Positions 12,949-27,000 of a DNA stretch of 64,000 nucleotides are shown one piece after another (positions within the stretch are counted from its first letter, which is position 1; each line of letters starts with the position of its first letter). Made by a program: the position numbers and the translations under genes. The stretch is from Basidiobolus meristosporus CBS 931.73 (taxonomy: Eukaryota > Fungi > Basidiobolomycota), in the NCBI GenBank assembly GCA_002104905.1, contig MCFE01000494.1, forward strand, positions 1-64,000. The letters run 5' to 3'. The notes under the pieces are model-generated. The model did not search any database and was not told the DNA's origin. It saw only the letters and a program-made list of their open reading frames with translations.

Positions 12949-14045
12949 ATGCCGAGCAGAGCCGTTAATGAGATGTCGAGCTTTCGCCCTCCCTATGTGG
13001 ATTCCGATTCCTCGCGGAGCATCTCCACCAATTATTCCTCTAATCAGCAGCGTGGTCAGGTCAACTCCACACTATCGGTGCAAAGTTTCAGAAGCTCCGA
13101 CGGAGTGGCCATGTATGATAGCTTGAACCCTATGAAAATCCCCAAGAAGCCGAAGAAGTGGACGTCCTTTAAATGGACTCTATTGTTCTCGAACACAGTG
13201 GTGAGTTTCCCCTTGTGTTTAATGCTTCCTGTTCCCATGATTAACCTTCCTCCATCTATAGCTGATGGCTATGGGGATTGCCGGACTGGTGCTTTCTCTT
13301 CTAACCTGGTATAAATGTAAGATTGCCTCTGTAGGAGCGTCATTCGCTATCCCCCAACTAACATTAGTTCAAAGTGTATCTCCGAGCTGAGGTGGTATTA
13401 ATCGTCACACACGGCACCATAGTTCGTAAGTCAACAAATCCAGTTAGAACCAGTAACGTCGCTCTTCTGACATGCATCCTTGTAGTCTTGACCGTTGTCA
13501 GCTCGTGCGCCATTGCCATCGCAATAATGGGATACTTTGGAGTGTTCTTTAACAACCGAAAAATCTTGACCCTTTATTGCATTCTCCTGTGGCCGATGAT
13601 GGGAGGAATCGCATCCATTGGATATGTCACCTACAAATTCTCCAGGTGGCACCTTGCGAGTAAGCTCAGCTCCCATTGGGACACCTATTCCGTCGAGGAT
13701 ATTCGCCACTTGCAAGCGAATGTACGACTCACATTTCCATCTGAAGAGGGCACTTTCTAACCGCTTAGTCTACTTTAGATGCATTGCTGTGGATTCAATA
13801 CTGTGATTGACAGACCGCAAATCACCAACAAATGCGATCTCAGCAATACCGCGGCGAAAATGGTCGGCTGCCGCTTCAAACTTACCAATTTTGTAGCATA
13901 CTACTTGAAGACCGCGTATATCACCGCGTTCAGCCTGCTAATCCCCCACCTGTTTGTACTATTTTCCTCGCTCCTGTGCTCTAACCATATCACCGAAACA
14001 TTCGGTACCGAGCCGGCACCCAAGCTAAATTATCATCAAGAGTAA
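12949..14045 (+). CDS. Fungal tetraspanin (Tsp2-like), about 4 exons
   Basis: Four hydrophobic segments, large loop with HCCGF and GC motifs, LLCSNH after TM4, and GT-AG introns at about 13202, 13425 and 13722. Confidence 0.75.
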
Positions 14046-14699
14046 TCCCCCATCTCTGCCCATCTTTTTGTCTCCCCCATCATCATTAGAGCAAGTATAT
14101 AATATACCTCCATCGTAATCAAATGTAATAAATTCCTGGCCAATCTCCCCAAAAAGGAATCAATGAGCACATCCATTTCCTAAATCGGAAAGTCTTGACG
14201 AATGACTGCCAAAGATGGCAGACAATACATCAGTCCACAAAAGGAAAATCCATTAGAAACGAAACCTTATTGTGCGACCGATGTCATTAATTACTGTATG
14301 CAAGTCGCAGTGGTTGTTGAGCATCTTGTTAATTGATCTGATGACTGACTTATGGGGATTCTCTTTCCGATAACCTGATCATGGATGCCGGAGTTTGTGT
14401 GCTCGCCCATAGAAAACCCGATCAGTTGGAGTCATCATGTGGGGCATGGGAGGCTCGTCGTTTCTGAGCCACTCTCACAAGATTCTAGGTCTCTCTTGTT
14501 CAAATGCTTAGCACGAGCTACTTTCACCATAACTGCGGGAATATAGGCCCGTATAGGGGCGTTAATCATGGAAGCTGGAGATTTAGCTCCGGATGTGGCC
14601 AGTCGATGCGGCCAGTCCGAAACAATAAAAACGAGCCTCCGGGTTGTGGGACGCCATGCTATTTAGAAAAATCAGTTACTTGTCCGAAAGCACACATAG

Positions 14700-17600
14700 A
14701 TGTCCAACGAAACACACGATGATATATCGAGCAACAACAGCGAATCTACCATAATCGATGAAGTGACCGAGAAGCCAGTCAAGGCTCAGCTGGTAGATCA
14801 CAAGCACAACTGGGGCGAGGGTGAGCCGTGTATTGATGTATTTGGAGCAGCTGGAAAGTACGAGGATTTACGTCGAGAGCTTTCTCGGGTATCCACCATC
14901 CATCGCATCAGCACCAGGTTCTCGTCTGTGGAAGAGGGGTCTGGCGAGGATTTCGATTTGACCGAGTACCTACATTCGACGGTTCGAGCAGGCGAAAGAG
15001 CAGCTATCAAACCAAAGCATATTGGAATCATCTTCAAAAATGTGACGGTCATTGGGGATAAAGTTGGTCACACGTTTATGCCTGATTGCTTTGACTCCCT
15101 TGAAAGGGCTATGCAAGATCTTCAATCCTGCTACTTGGTTGAACAAGCCTCCGAAACCCGATTCGGGTGACGAGGATGGGAAAGTGATTTTACACGACGT
15201 GGATGGATTCTGCAAGGATGGCGAGATGGTGTTTGTCCTCGGCCGCCCAGGCGCAGGCTGCTCCACTTTGCTTCGCGTACTGGCCGGTGAACATAAGCAA
15301 TACAGGTCAATCGCTGGGGATGTCTCGTATGGCGGAATCTCTGCCAGCGAGTTCATCAAGAAATACGTGGGGGAGGTCGCTTACAACCCCGAGGATGATT
15401 TTCACTTCCCAACGCTGACCGTCAAGGAGACCATGGATTTCGCTCTGAAATGTAAAACCCCTGGCAATCTACTGCCCGACGAAACGAAGAAATCATTTGT
15501 TGAAAATCTCCGGGGAACGCTATTGAAGATGTTCGGCTTATCCCACACCTTGGACACACTCGTGGGAAACGAGTATGTCTGCGGCGTGTCTGGGGGTGAG
15601 CGCAAGCGTTTATCCATTGCGGAGCAGATGGCAGCTCGAGCGGCCATCAACTTGTGGGACGGCAGCACAAAAGGTTTAGATGCATCCTCCGCTCTCAACT
15701 ACATCCGCTCCCTCCGCATCGTAACCAACATCATGCACAAAGCCACAATGGTTACCGTTTATCAGGCTTCGGAGAAGATCTACAGGGAGTTTGATAAAGT
15801 GCTGGTGTTGGACGAGGGTCGCTGTGTATACTTTGGCCCTGCGCGGGATGCCCGTCAGTACTTTCGGAGTCTTGGGTTTCAAGATTCCCCTCGCCAAACC
15901 ACGTCTGATTTCTTGACCGCTGTTACCGATCCACAAGAACGAAGGATTATCCCAGGAATGGAGGAGTCGGTCCCGAAGAGCGCCATCGAGTTGGAGGTGG
16001 CCTACAAACACTCGGACTTGCATGAGAGAATGGTGCGGGAAAGAGCAGAATACGAGCAATACATCCTCGAGAACAGGCCCTCGGAGCAATTTCGGGAGAA
16101 CATCTTGGAGTCCAAGCAGAAGCATGTTCCTAAAAAATCCCCTTATACCACCACCTATTTCCAACAGATACGAGCGCTGACTCTCCGTCAGTTCCAACTG
16201 ACATTCGGCGATCGTGCTGCATTGATTTCACGTTACGTCTCGGTGGTGGTGAAGGCTATCATTGTTGGATCTGTATTCCTGATGCTACCTACAGACACTA
16301 GTGGGGCATTCACGCGGGGTGGCGTCATCTTCTTTGCTCTACTATTCAATTCCCTTGTGGCTCAAGCCGAGATCCCTGCTGCGATGAGTGGTCGCTCGAT
16401 CCTGTACAAGCACAAATCATTCGCACTCTACTATCCCAGTGCCTTCTACTTCGCTCAGACGATGGCGGATATCCCCTTCATGGCTGGTCAGGTCCTGTTC
16501 TTCTCGGTCATTTTATACTGGATGGCTGGCCTGCAGGCGGATGCTGGGAAATTCTTCATGTTCATGTTCATTCTTTTGATCACCGGTTTTACGATGACGG
16601 CGTATTTCCGTATGTTTGCCGCGTTCTCTCCGGACTTCAACACCGCCACGCGCAACTCAGGACTGCTGCTGATGGCTAGTATTTTGTACAGCGGCTACCT
16701 GATCCCATATCATCAAATGCACCCATGGTTTATCTGGATTTTCTGGATAAGCCCTCTGGCGTACGGATTCAAAGCGCTGATGGCGAACGAGTTCAAGGGG
16801 CTGAGGTTTGACTGTTCAGGCGGCGCACTGGTGCCCAGTGGTCCTACGTATAATGACATCAACTACCAGGCCTGTACACTTGCCGGGGCCCGTCCAGGAG
16901 AGAGTTTTGTGGAGGCTGGCGAGTATATGGATAAAGCCCTGGGATATGATGTGAACCAAATGTGGATTGACGTGGCGGCGGTGATCGGCTTTTGGTTGCT
17001 ATTCTCTATCTTGGCAGCCATCGCCATGGAGTGGAAGGAGTTTGGTAAAGGGGGCTTTACTCTCCACATGTATAAACAAACTTCAAAGGCCGCCGGTCAT
17101 CCCCTTGAAACTACCGAGGCTAGCGTGGAAGTAAAAGCGCCGGTTGAAACGGTTGAGTTGCAAGGAACCACTTTTACCTGGCGGGATATAGGCTATGTGA
17201 TTCCGGCCAAAGGATTTCCTCAAGGTAAGCAGCTGCTGAGCGAGATCGACGGCTGGGTCAAGCCTGGAGAATTGGTGGCTCTTATGGGGGCCTCAGGTGC
17301 TGGTAAAACCACACTTCTCGATGTATTGGCTCAGCGTAAATCACTGGGCAAGGTGAGCGGCCAAATCCTGGTAGATAGTCATGAAATTGGCGCGGACTTT
17401 CAACGCACGACTGGGTACTGTGAGCAGATGGATGTGCACAACCCAGCTGTCACTGTTCGAGAATCTTTACAGTTCTCTGCCTATCTTCGTCAACCTGAAG
17501 AGGTCTCGGAGGCTGAAAAGGACGCCTACGTTGAAGAAATCATTCAGCTACTCGAGATGAACGATATCGCCGACGCGGTGGTAGGCGATGTAGAGAATGG

Positions 17601-19047
17601 TATTGGCATATCCGTCGAACAACGCAAGCGCTTAACCATCGCGGTGGAGCTGGTGGCCAAACCGAAACTGCTCTTCCTTGATGAGCCTACGTCCGGTTTG
17701 GACGCCCAGGCTGCTTTCAATATCATCCGGTTTATGCGTAGATTGGCTGATCAAGGACAGGCGATTATTTGCACTATCCACCAACCGAGTGCGGTGCTTT
17801 TCAGCTTCTTCGATAGACTATTGTTGCTTGCTAACGGAGGCAAGACTGTATATTTCGGGGATCTTGGGTGTGATTCGGCAACACTGCTTGATTACTTTGA
17901 AAAGAACGGGGGCCCCGAATGTGCAAAAGATGCTAATCCAGCAGAGTATATCCTTGACGTGGTGAACGATAGACATGCACTCGATTGGCCTACAATATGG
18001 AGAAACTCCCCCGAGCATCAGGCGGTTTGCGACAGATTGGATGGAGTAAGACCTATCGAGCTGGGTATTCACGAGAGGAAGAGTCAGCGAGAGTTCGCAA
18101 CCTCCTTGAACACGCAGCTGAGAATTGTTGGGCGCAGGATGCTGCTTTCATGGTGGCGGAACCCAGCATACAACTTCGGCCGGAACATGTTTTGCATTAT
18201 ATTCGCCTTGCTTCTTGGCTTTTCGTTCTGGCAGGTGGGGAATAGCCAGATGGACCTTCAGCTTCGGGTCTTTGCACTTTTCCAGTCATTGGTAATGGGC
18301 TCGATCTTCATGAATCTGGCTCAGCCACGCTATATCGATGAGCGGAATATCTACTATCGGGAGAATTCGAGCAAAATGTACGGCTGGAAACCATTCTGGA
18401 TCTCCATCATGATGGTGGAGCTGCCCTTCTTGTTGATCACCAGTACTTGCTTCTGGCTGCTCCTGTATTATATTAGTGGGTTCAACGAGGACTCCGGGCG
18501 TGCATTCTATTCATGGCTTATGAATGTGTTCTTTGGCTTCTTCTGTGTCTCCCTGGGCCAAATGATCGCCTCCTTCTCCACCTCCAAGCAGATGGCCGCG
18601 TTACTCAACCCATTCTTCTTTTCAATGCTGAACCTATTTTGTGGTGTGATGGTTCCCTATGACTCCATGCCAGGCTTTTGGAAGGCCTGGATGTACTGGA
18701 TCGACCCGCTGCATTATTGGGTGGAGGGGTTGGTTGTCAACGAGCTGCATGAATTGCCAGTTCGCTGCAGCGCAAGAGAATTTGTAACATTCAATCCGCC
18801 GCCAGGCCAAACGTGCTTACAATATGCCGGGTCTTTCCTATCCAAAGCGCCGGGCTATCTACAGAACCCGAATGCCACGGTGGCTTGTAATTACTGTTCT
18901 TATGAGAGGGGAGATAATTTCTACGAGCCTTTGGGCTGGTCGTACTCTAATCGCTGGCGTAATTTCGGCATACTCTGTGGCTTCTGGATATTCAACGTCC
19001 TGTTTACCGGGTTCGTGATCTCTAAATTCCGGGCTGCCCGTCGTTAG
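14700..19047 (+). CDS. Full-size ABCG/PDR-type ABC transporter (NBD-TMD)2, intronless, with an apparent +1 frameshift at about 15090
   Basis: NBD1 VLGRPGAGCST, VSGGERKRLSIAE, WDGSTKGLD; NBD2 LMGASGAGKTTLLD, SVEQRKRLTI, LFLDEPTSGLD, CTIHQP; two TMDs. The PDR N-terminal region (HIGIIFKNVTVIG) lies in ORF 14700-15170 in a different frame. Confidence 0.92.
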
Positions 19048-19067
19048 TTCGGCCAACCCCAAGTGTA

Positions 19068-19142
19068 AAATATAGTCGCATTTACCATTGTTAAATATAG
19101 TCGCATTTATTATTGTTAAATAAAGCCGCATTTATTATTGTG
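19068..19142. repeat. Tandem repeat, 25 bp x3 (AAATATAGTCGCATTTATTATTGTT consensus), in a convergent 3' gap
   Basis: Units at 19068, 19093 and 19118, read directly from the sequence. Confidence 0.85.
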
Positions 19143-19207
19143 AGTGGTTAAATGCATGATTAGGTAATACAGGGTTTGGGTGAAAATACAATGCAGAGTT
19201 GTAACGT

Positions 19208-20057
19208 CTACTTGATTCGGTTGAGACGGAACTGGTTGGTATGAATCTTCTGGTCGACCTCGTCGGCACGCTGGTTGACACCATCCAGGACTTGATTTTG
19301 TAGGCTGATCTCATCACGCATGCTGAGTCCCATATTCTTCAGGCGTGATAATGAATCTGACATGATATCCAGATTCTCATCAATCTGCCGCTCCTGCTCC
19401 TCACCCTCTCCTTCGAAGGTGTAGCCGCTTGATGCATACGATTGACCTTGTGATTGACCGGAGCCTGAACCAGAGTAGGCGGAGCGAGCGCCCGGTCGAT
19501 TTCCAGTAGCAGAGGCTACTCGTTGTTTTGCGTCGTAGTCAAACTTACGCAACTCCTCCTTTCTCTCTTGCTGAGCTTTGTGTTCAGCCTGCAGTTTGGC
19601 CAATTCCTTCTCCTTCTTTTTCTTGGATCCAAATGGATTAGAGAAATTAACTTTGAAAATGGATCCGTTGAGCTTCTTAAGTTCAGCAGTCTTTTCCGCG
19701 GCAAGGTCGGCTTGAACGTCAGCAATGTCCAACTGCCCCCGAATGCTATTGATAGATTCTACAAGGGAGAAAGCACAACAAGGTGAGCAAAAGTAGGCCA
19801 GCGACCGGAGGATACAACATGTATATACCTGACTGCTCGCCCAGCTTGACTAGAGTGTTCTGAGCCATTTCTTCTGTTTGTTTTAAGGTGCGGATGGCGT
19901 TTTGAGTAGAGGCCAAAGATTCATCTCTGACTTTGTTGATCTCCTGTCGTAAGACATTCACCTCAGCATCCTCATCCACCTCTCCAGAGGCGCCATACTG
20001 ATTCTGAGAGTAAGCCTGGGGTTGCTGTTGCTGGCGGAAACGTCTGAAATCCTCCAT
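19208..20057 (-). CDS. SEC9: SNAP-25/Sec9-like Qbc SNARE, 2 exons
   Basis: Two SNARE coils (ESLASTQNAIR...LGEQSE; QIDENLDIMSDSLSRLKNMGLSMRDEISLQN) and a GT-AG intron at 19828-19759. Confidence 0.85.
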
Positions 20058-20453
20058 TAGATAAGTTACAAATGGTAAAGATGGGATTGCCAGGCCGTTA
20101 TTAATAGAGCTTCCACCAATTTGGGATCAAGGGTCAGGGGATACATGATAGAGTAAATGTTGTGTAACACCACTGGGCGAATAGAACGACGAGCACCTAA
20201 TCGCTCCCAATCATCAGCCGTCGCTAATTTAGCTAATTTACAGCCTCTGAGGTGGATAACAATGGTATGTGGGAGTCCAGGAGTGCTCTGATAAACATAT
20301 GTATCATATAAAATAGCCCTTTATTTACAAAAAGCTCGAGTTGTATCAGCCAAGCCAATGAACTCTATTAGGGAAACCAAAGTCACAAGGATAGATTGGG
20401 CTTGCAGCACCAGAGAATGGAGTCTAGATGGGCAGTATGCTTGATCACAGCAA

Positions 20454-21367
20454 TTACTCGTCGCTATCCCAATCATCATCGTCTTGCTTCTCAGGGAATC
20501 CAAAAATAGACGTTTGTTTGCTCGAGTTGGATTCGGGTTTTTTGATGACACCTGCAATGGAAATGTTACCACCATGTTGTAGACGCTAAAGTTTAAACGT
20601 GCATACCGCATTTCACCAAGCGTGCTTCCACTAGATCAGTTTTGAAGCCGTCAGTGTTCCCAAGCTCCTCAAAGCCCACCAACCTGAGATATACAAGTTC
20701 AATAGAGATAATATATATGTAACATGGGAGAGTATACTTACTTGTCAACAGAGATCCCGTTCACAAAGGACATAACACAGGGCAAAACCTTGATCTTTAG
20801 CTTCTCTACCAAAAATCCTGCGTTTTCAACATCGATTTTGCAGAACTTTGTCCTGAAGTGTCTGGATGCGATTTTCTAGTTGGACATTTAATCAGAGTCC
20901 CAAGTAAGGATTGAGTTGCGAGAAAGTACCTCCAAGTGTGTATCCATTATTTGGCACCGACGGAAGTCTTTGTGGAAGAAGTGGACGACGCATTGTGGGG
21001 TTGTGGTGGTTATCTTCAGGATTTCCTTTTCAGAGTCGATCTCGGTGTATGCTCCATGATCTTTCTCTTTTAAATCTCGGACCTGATTCAACCTAAGAAA
21101 TACGAATGAATCATTCTGTAAAGAATCTCTACACATTGGCTCGGGACATACTCTCTCTGTAGTTGCTCAAGACGCTCTTCGCGATAGCTTTCAAACGCAT
21201 CATCGTTTTCTAACTCAGCAAACAGTGCGTCTTCATCCTCCGATTCATTGTCGATCGTACGAGAAGCTAGATTCTCGATTTTTCTAAACGTATGTTAAGT
21301 AAATAATAATAGACATAAACAACGGTTGAAAGCATCTTTACTCGTTAATATAAGTCTCGTCAGCCAT
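20454..21367 (-). CDS. PLP1: Phosducin-like thioredoxin-fold protein (TXNDC9/Plp1-like), multi-exon
   Basis: EDEDALFAELE, VVHFFHKDFRRCQIMDTHLE, FCKIDVENAGFLVEKLKIKVLPCV, LVGFEELG and an acidic tail DDDDWDSDE-stop. Confidence 0.85.
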
Positions 21368-21965
21368 CGTGTTTAGCAAGCGGTGGACCAAACTCGCTGT
21401 TCTGATGCAAATCACAAATAGGCAGTGGCGATCTTTTTTTCAGTGATTGCAATCCAGCATGCAGGCAGGAATATGAACATTGAGGGGCTTTCCATATCAG
21501 GCTGGAGAAGGGTTGCATGTCGAATCAAATATTAACAAGTAAATACACCATTGATTTTCCTTTTTCCCGTGGACATCCGATGCTAGAAAGCCTTAATTTA
21601 TCGCATTTCTTCTTTCTGATATTTTCGACATATATCACGTTTGGTTTTTGTAACTTGCTTGAGACTTCAATTGGGGAATGCTGCTGATTGAAATACATTG
21701 CAAATCCAACAATATCACAGTTGTGAACCCTGACCAACTGATCCCCTTGTTTTTGCCAAATTGGCTTGGTATTTTTTCAGCAATTGGTATAATTTCCTGT
21801 TGTCTGGTTTCTTTAAATTGGCACGTTGGTGCATTGTTGGTAATTAAGACGTGATTTTGAAACTTGTTGAAGTATAGACACTTACTAGGTACTGAGCGAG
21901 AAAGAGCAGGCACTCCATTCAACACCATATAATAGATATCTACGTTAAATTGGAATATTCAAACC

Positions 21966-23164
21966 ATGGACATTGCTATATCTTCTGCAGTTTCGGGTGC
22001 ATTTTACTATGCATACAGATATTCAATGGGAAAGATTGGGGCAGTTTTGTCTGCGAAGCCTCTGGAGCTTGCTCAACCTGGCGACTACGTCAAGGTTGAG
22101 GGAAAGGTTACGTTGTTGAATAATGCCAAACTCGAGTCACATTTCGCTTCCGGGAAAGTGTTCAGCGTGATGCACGAAGTAAGTTATTTTTGTTGTCTGC
22201 TGAGATATCCACACGAAGGTGAGGTTTTCGAAGCCTAGTAAGCCTCAGACCGCCCTTCCTCGCGGATGAACAGCACTGTGGTAACCTTCGGAACCCTCAT
22301 ACTAACCAGGAGTTACTTCTAGATAACAAAAAATCACCTCATATCCAAGTGGGATAGGCTGTTTTTGCGCTGGTAAGAGTGAGTCGCGCAATGGCTTGAA
22401 CAGGTCGTTAATGTTCTCACTTTAGGGTCTCAGAGACTGAAATGATGTCACGTACTTTTCGCAGCGTTCCTTTTCAACTCACCACCTCATTATTTCCAAA
22501 CACCCCACTCGTAAATATCGGCGAAATACGGCCAGAGGACATCGCTAATGAGCTCTCCTTGCCAACGCTAGCCACCCATTTCTCACCCACGTCGCCGTCC
22601 CATTTCGCAGACTCGACGTATTCGCAAAACATGAAGTCTCATGGGGTTCAAATAATCGAGCGTGCGCTGCCAGTTGGAACCTCTTTAACGGTGGTGGGTG
22701 AGCTCTCCAGGCCGATGGACAACACACTACCAGAGAACGTCTTGGAGGTTATTAAGCCTCAAAATCCTAAGCTCCCATTCGTATTAACGAGAGAAACATA
22801 CGGAGTATTTGTTCATCGTCAAACCACTGTCGCACGGGTACTCTGGTGGGTGTTTTTGGGTTCGGTATCGGTTTGCGGGTTCTGCATTCTGCGACGACTC
22901 TTCCCATTTGTATATCCTCGGTTCAAGACATGGAATGAACGTCGCCGGTTGCAAAACTATTTAATGGAGCGAAAGCGTCATGACCAACGACTCGAAAGTG
23001 TCGATATGGATACAGATCTGTGTCTGGTTTGCTTCGAAAGACAGAGAAATGTAGTTATTCTTGAGTGCGGACATAAATACACATGTGCCGAGTGCACGGA
23101 TGAGCTACTCGATTGTCCACTGTGCAAAGGGCCTGTGAGTAAGGGAATCCGAGTTGAAAGTTAG
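21966..23164 (+). CDS. MUL1: MUL1/MAPL-like E3 ligase (TM, GIDE-like domain, TM, C3HC4 RING)
   Basis: N-terminal TM, YVKVEGKV, ERALPVGTSLTVVGEL, a second TM, and C-terminal CLVC...ECGH...CAEC...CPLC. Confidence 0.7.
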
Positions 23165-24016
23165 AGCACCTTCGTTAATAACCACGACCTCTTGTAAAAC
23201 ACGTTGAAGCGAAGGCAGTAATTGTTTGATTCCCCTAGGAACGAGGGTCCGACATTCCTTATTCCCTTACTCGTACTATGGTGTGAGTGTAGCTTGTAAT
23301 TTTTCATTTTGTTGAACCTAGCTGGCAGATTCAGTATGGATCTCGAAGCGTCGCATTGTGCATTTCATTTCTTCACCCCATCTACTATTTATCCAATGCC
23401 ACATTCATAAACGAAGTTGATCCATTTTTTATGACTGGGTCGGGATCATTCTATCCCCGATGGAAGTAATAAACCGATTGCAGGCTCTTCATCAAGCTTG
23501 CTGGATCCTTGAGTGATGCATCTAGAGATCAGGAGACTGCCATATACACTGGTTTGAGAAGGAATACTTGGTGGCTTCATTCCATAGTCGTCAGTTGCCA
23601 CATCTACATCGCTGTGGTAGATAGTCCCCTCTTTTTGGCGATTTCCAACCCCACTTTTTCGATTCATTAATTCGACCTTGGCTTGTTTAAGCACATATCT
23701 TTACTACCATAAGGGGTGAGTTATTGGTAAACAAAAAACTGCAGTTGTTCTTGGTTCGTGCATCTGCTGAAGCGCACGTTCTTTCATATCGACCTTTTTG
23801 GATTCCCGGTCATCATTTGAAGTATACTTGGCTTTTTGGTTGAGTTTTGTGTAGAAGCCACCTTGATTCGAATCTTCCTAAGTTTTGTAAAAGCGAACTT
23901 TCGCGCGCATACCGAGATTACCACCACCTGTTTCTATATCAACTCACGAATAAGCCCAATTTCCTCGCTTTTTTCTCGATACCTTCCTATACTTTCAGTT
24001 CATTTCACTCAGTCGC

Positions 24017-27000
24017 ATGAGTATCTCAAAAGGGGATTCCTTTACAAGCTTGGACTTTTTACGTGATAAGGGGACGAATGGTACGTATTCTACAATAATT
24101 GGAATTCATTTGCTAGCTCCTAAAGTTCCTCATCCTTCTTTAGTCCGGTTGATTTCTTTAAATATCACGAATGGCGCTAACGTACTCTTACACGTCAAGC
24201 CCGACGAGATTGAGGGGGTGGCGCTTGGCACCTCGGGCTTACTCCGATTCATACAGGATCCTGAGCATCCTAGGCGCCTCATTGTGCAACTACCACCTAT
24301 AAGTGGAGGAACTTCTGAATTGACGTTTAATTTCGCATTCGCTTTCGATACTGGGAATGCACCCAATGTTTTAGCACTCATCCATTCGAACTCGGAGAAT
24401 GAGGTGGAGAAACTACGCAAACAGATCGAAACTGGCAGCGATATTGTAAGTGTCTAACCAGTCGATATTTTTTACCAATAACGGGAAGGTCTCATTGTTT
24501 CGTCGACTCTTTTTAGGTGTATGAGCATTCACAGATTGAGATCGTGGATACGTATCCAGTCATCAACAACGAAACTACTTTCGAGTGGACATTCAACTAC
24601 CATCCTAAGCAACAGATGCCCATGGCTGACGGAGTAGGTTGGAAAGCATCATTTTCAGTAAGTCCCCTTTCCATTCAATGTTGAAACTAGGCTCCAACTA
24701 AGATCGCTCCATCAACAAGCTCATGGATCTGAACATCGGCGCACATACCGCAAATTACGAGATCAGCTTCGACATGTGGATCGTGCCGTCTCCAATTCGT
24801 TCATTGCCGGAAAAGAAGAAGTCCCCGGGTTTGTTGGAGCATCCTATCTCTATCAATACCAACCATGACATGTTACATTCGCCACTCTCTAAGAAGAGAT
24901 CAACCAGCACCCAGCACCAGTATAGTCCCTTGAGCCCTTCCAGCATCTCATCATCAGAACACTCCGGCCGCATCCAGAATGCTCAAGCGTCCCCTTCGCG
25001 GAATACCTTGGAAGGAAGAAGCCTTGCTGAATCCTTCAACTTGGACATCGTGGACTCGCCGCTATTGCGGTACAAAATACAGCAATCCGAAAAGAGTATA
25101 GCAAGTTTGAAAACTGAGGTCAAGAGGCTGATCAAAGCAGTGAGCGAGTATGAAGAAGCGGGAAGGATGGAGATACTCGCTTGTAGAAAATTAATCCACA
25201 CGGTCAAAAAATCACGTTGTCTGGACTCGGTGAACTATCTTCTAGAGAACTGGCTAAACAGCATTGTGAAATTTCGGGAAGCAGTCTACGATAGACTGGA
25301 GACTCTGGTGAAGAACCCGATGGAGAAACTGTACGAAAAGGAGATCAAATCAGCCGACGGCAAAACAAAGGACTTTCTCAAGGAGGCCGAGGAGTTCTAC
25401 CAATTTGAAGCGAAGCATCTGTCCTTAAGGCTGGACAAGAATAGAAACGGCTCCCCACAGGATGTCCAGTATGAGAAACGCAAAGAAATCTTTGGACAAA
25501 AGATCCTTGATATCTATCTATTCCTGCACGAACTTACCGAAGGCCCCAAAGAAGGAGAGCTGATGATGTATTTTTTGAGCTTCATCCAAAAGTACCTTGG
25601 CTATGTTAAAGAAATCCACAACTCGATTGAAGAGAACAAGCACGAACTCTTGTGTGTCGAGCATATAGTGTCGTCGATCTGTAAGGTTACTAATGAGCAG
25701 CGGAAGTCAATACAGGAGCGTCGAAGACAGTCGGAGAAACGAATCAACGCAAGCTCCTCAAGCATGCACGACTCCAGAAAAAGCTTGAAAAGAAGTTCCA
25801 AGTCGAATTCGCTTCTGAATACCGGAGATCGGGTGAAATCCCAAGTGGGCGGAATACGTGACCTGGGATCGTTCGACATTGAGCTGGCATCTTCTGCCGG
25901 CAGGCACAAGGAGGGAGTTCTTTATTCTCCAGCCAAGCGAAGACCTTCCAACTTGGACAGCTCGTGGCATGGAAACTGGTGTGTGATCTCTCGTGGGCAC
26001 TTTTCAGAGATTGTAAATTGGAAGAAGAAGCCGGAAGCGCACAAGGCATCGATTAGTTTGAAATTGGCCTCGGTGCGACAGTTGCCCAATGCTGACCGTC
26101 GCTTCTGCTTCGAATTGGTAACCTTGACAGGCAAAAGGGTATATCAGGCGCTGTCCCACGAAGATATGGTTGATTGGATCAATGTGCTGAAGAATGCCAT
26201 CGAATCGCAGCTCAACGGAATGAGCTCCTCCTCGGACCTGAGAGCCCTATCGATGGTGGACAAGAAGGGGAAAGCCAAGGAATCCGAAGGGAAAGAAAGC
26301 ATCCGTACAGTATTGAAGCACGACCCCAGCAATGCCCAGTGCGCAGACTGTGGCTCTAAAAACCCGGAATGGTGCTCCATCAATTTCGGGATCCTTCTCT
26401 GCATTGGTTAGTGTCTATGAATGTTTGTGTTGATCCGAGTTGGAGCTGATTTGCGTGAACTGATTTGTAGAATGCTCGGGTATCCATCGAAGCCTAGGAA
26501 CGCATGTATCTAAGATCCGCTCGCTTACCTTGGATAAATCATTCAGCCCAGATCTCATTGAGATGATTTCCCGAATCGGCAACAGAGTATTCAATGAGAT
26601 CTGGGAGTCCCAGGTGGCCTCGAGCACAAATGACCCTGCACGACGGTTGAAGCCATGCAACACAGATTCGAGGGAAGCCAAGGCCGCCTATATCAAGGCT
26701 AAATACATCGATCGAGCATTTGTGCAACCACGGTCTGATCATGAGATTGACAAATCGCCCAATAGTTTGCTGCTCTGTGCCATAGAAAACAACGACCTAG
26801 TTGGTGTCATGAAGGCATTTGCATTAGGTGCAAACTTGAATGAGCCTATCAACGAAGGTGGCATTGACCCTGACGAGAAGACTGGCGCTGGGATAACCCC
26901 GCTGCAATTCGCGCTGCTGCTGCATTCCGAAGCTCTCTCCAAGATCTCTCACTCCTCGACCATGGCTTCAGAGAAGAGTATCGACTTGACAAGTGGCCAG

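Noticed and set aside
15067-15106. 40-nt GT-AG intron that would repair the ABC frameshift
   Set aside because: Poor donor (GTCACA), shorter than other introns here, and it would delete residues that look conserved. Not excluded without RNA data.
23446-23830. Small minus-strand ORF between MUL1 and the ACAP-like gene
   Set aside because: No motif and no convincing spliced model; left unannotated.
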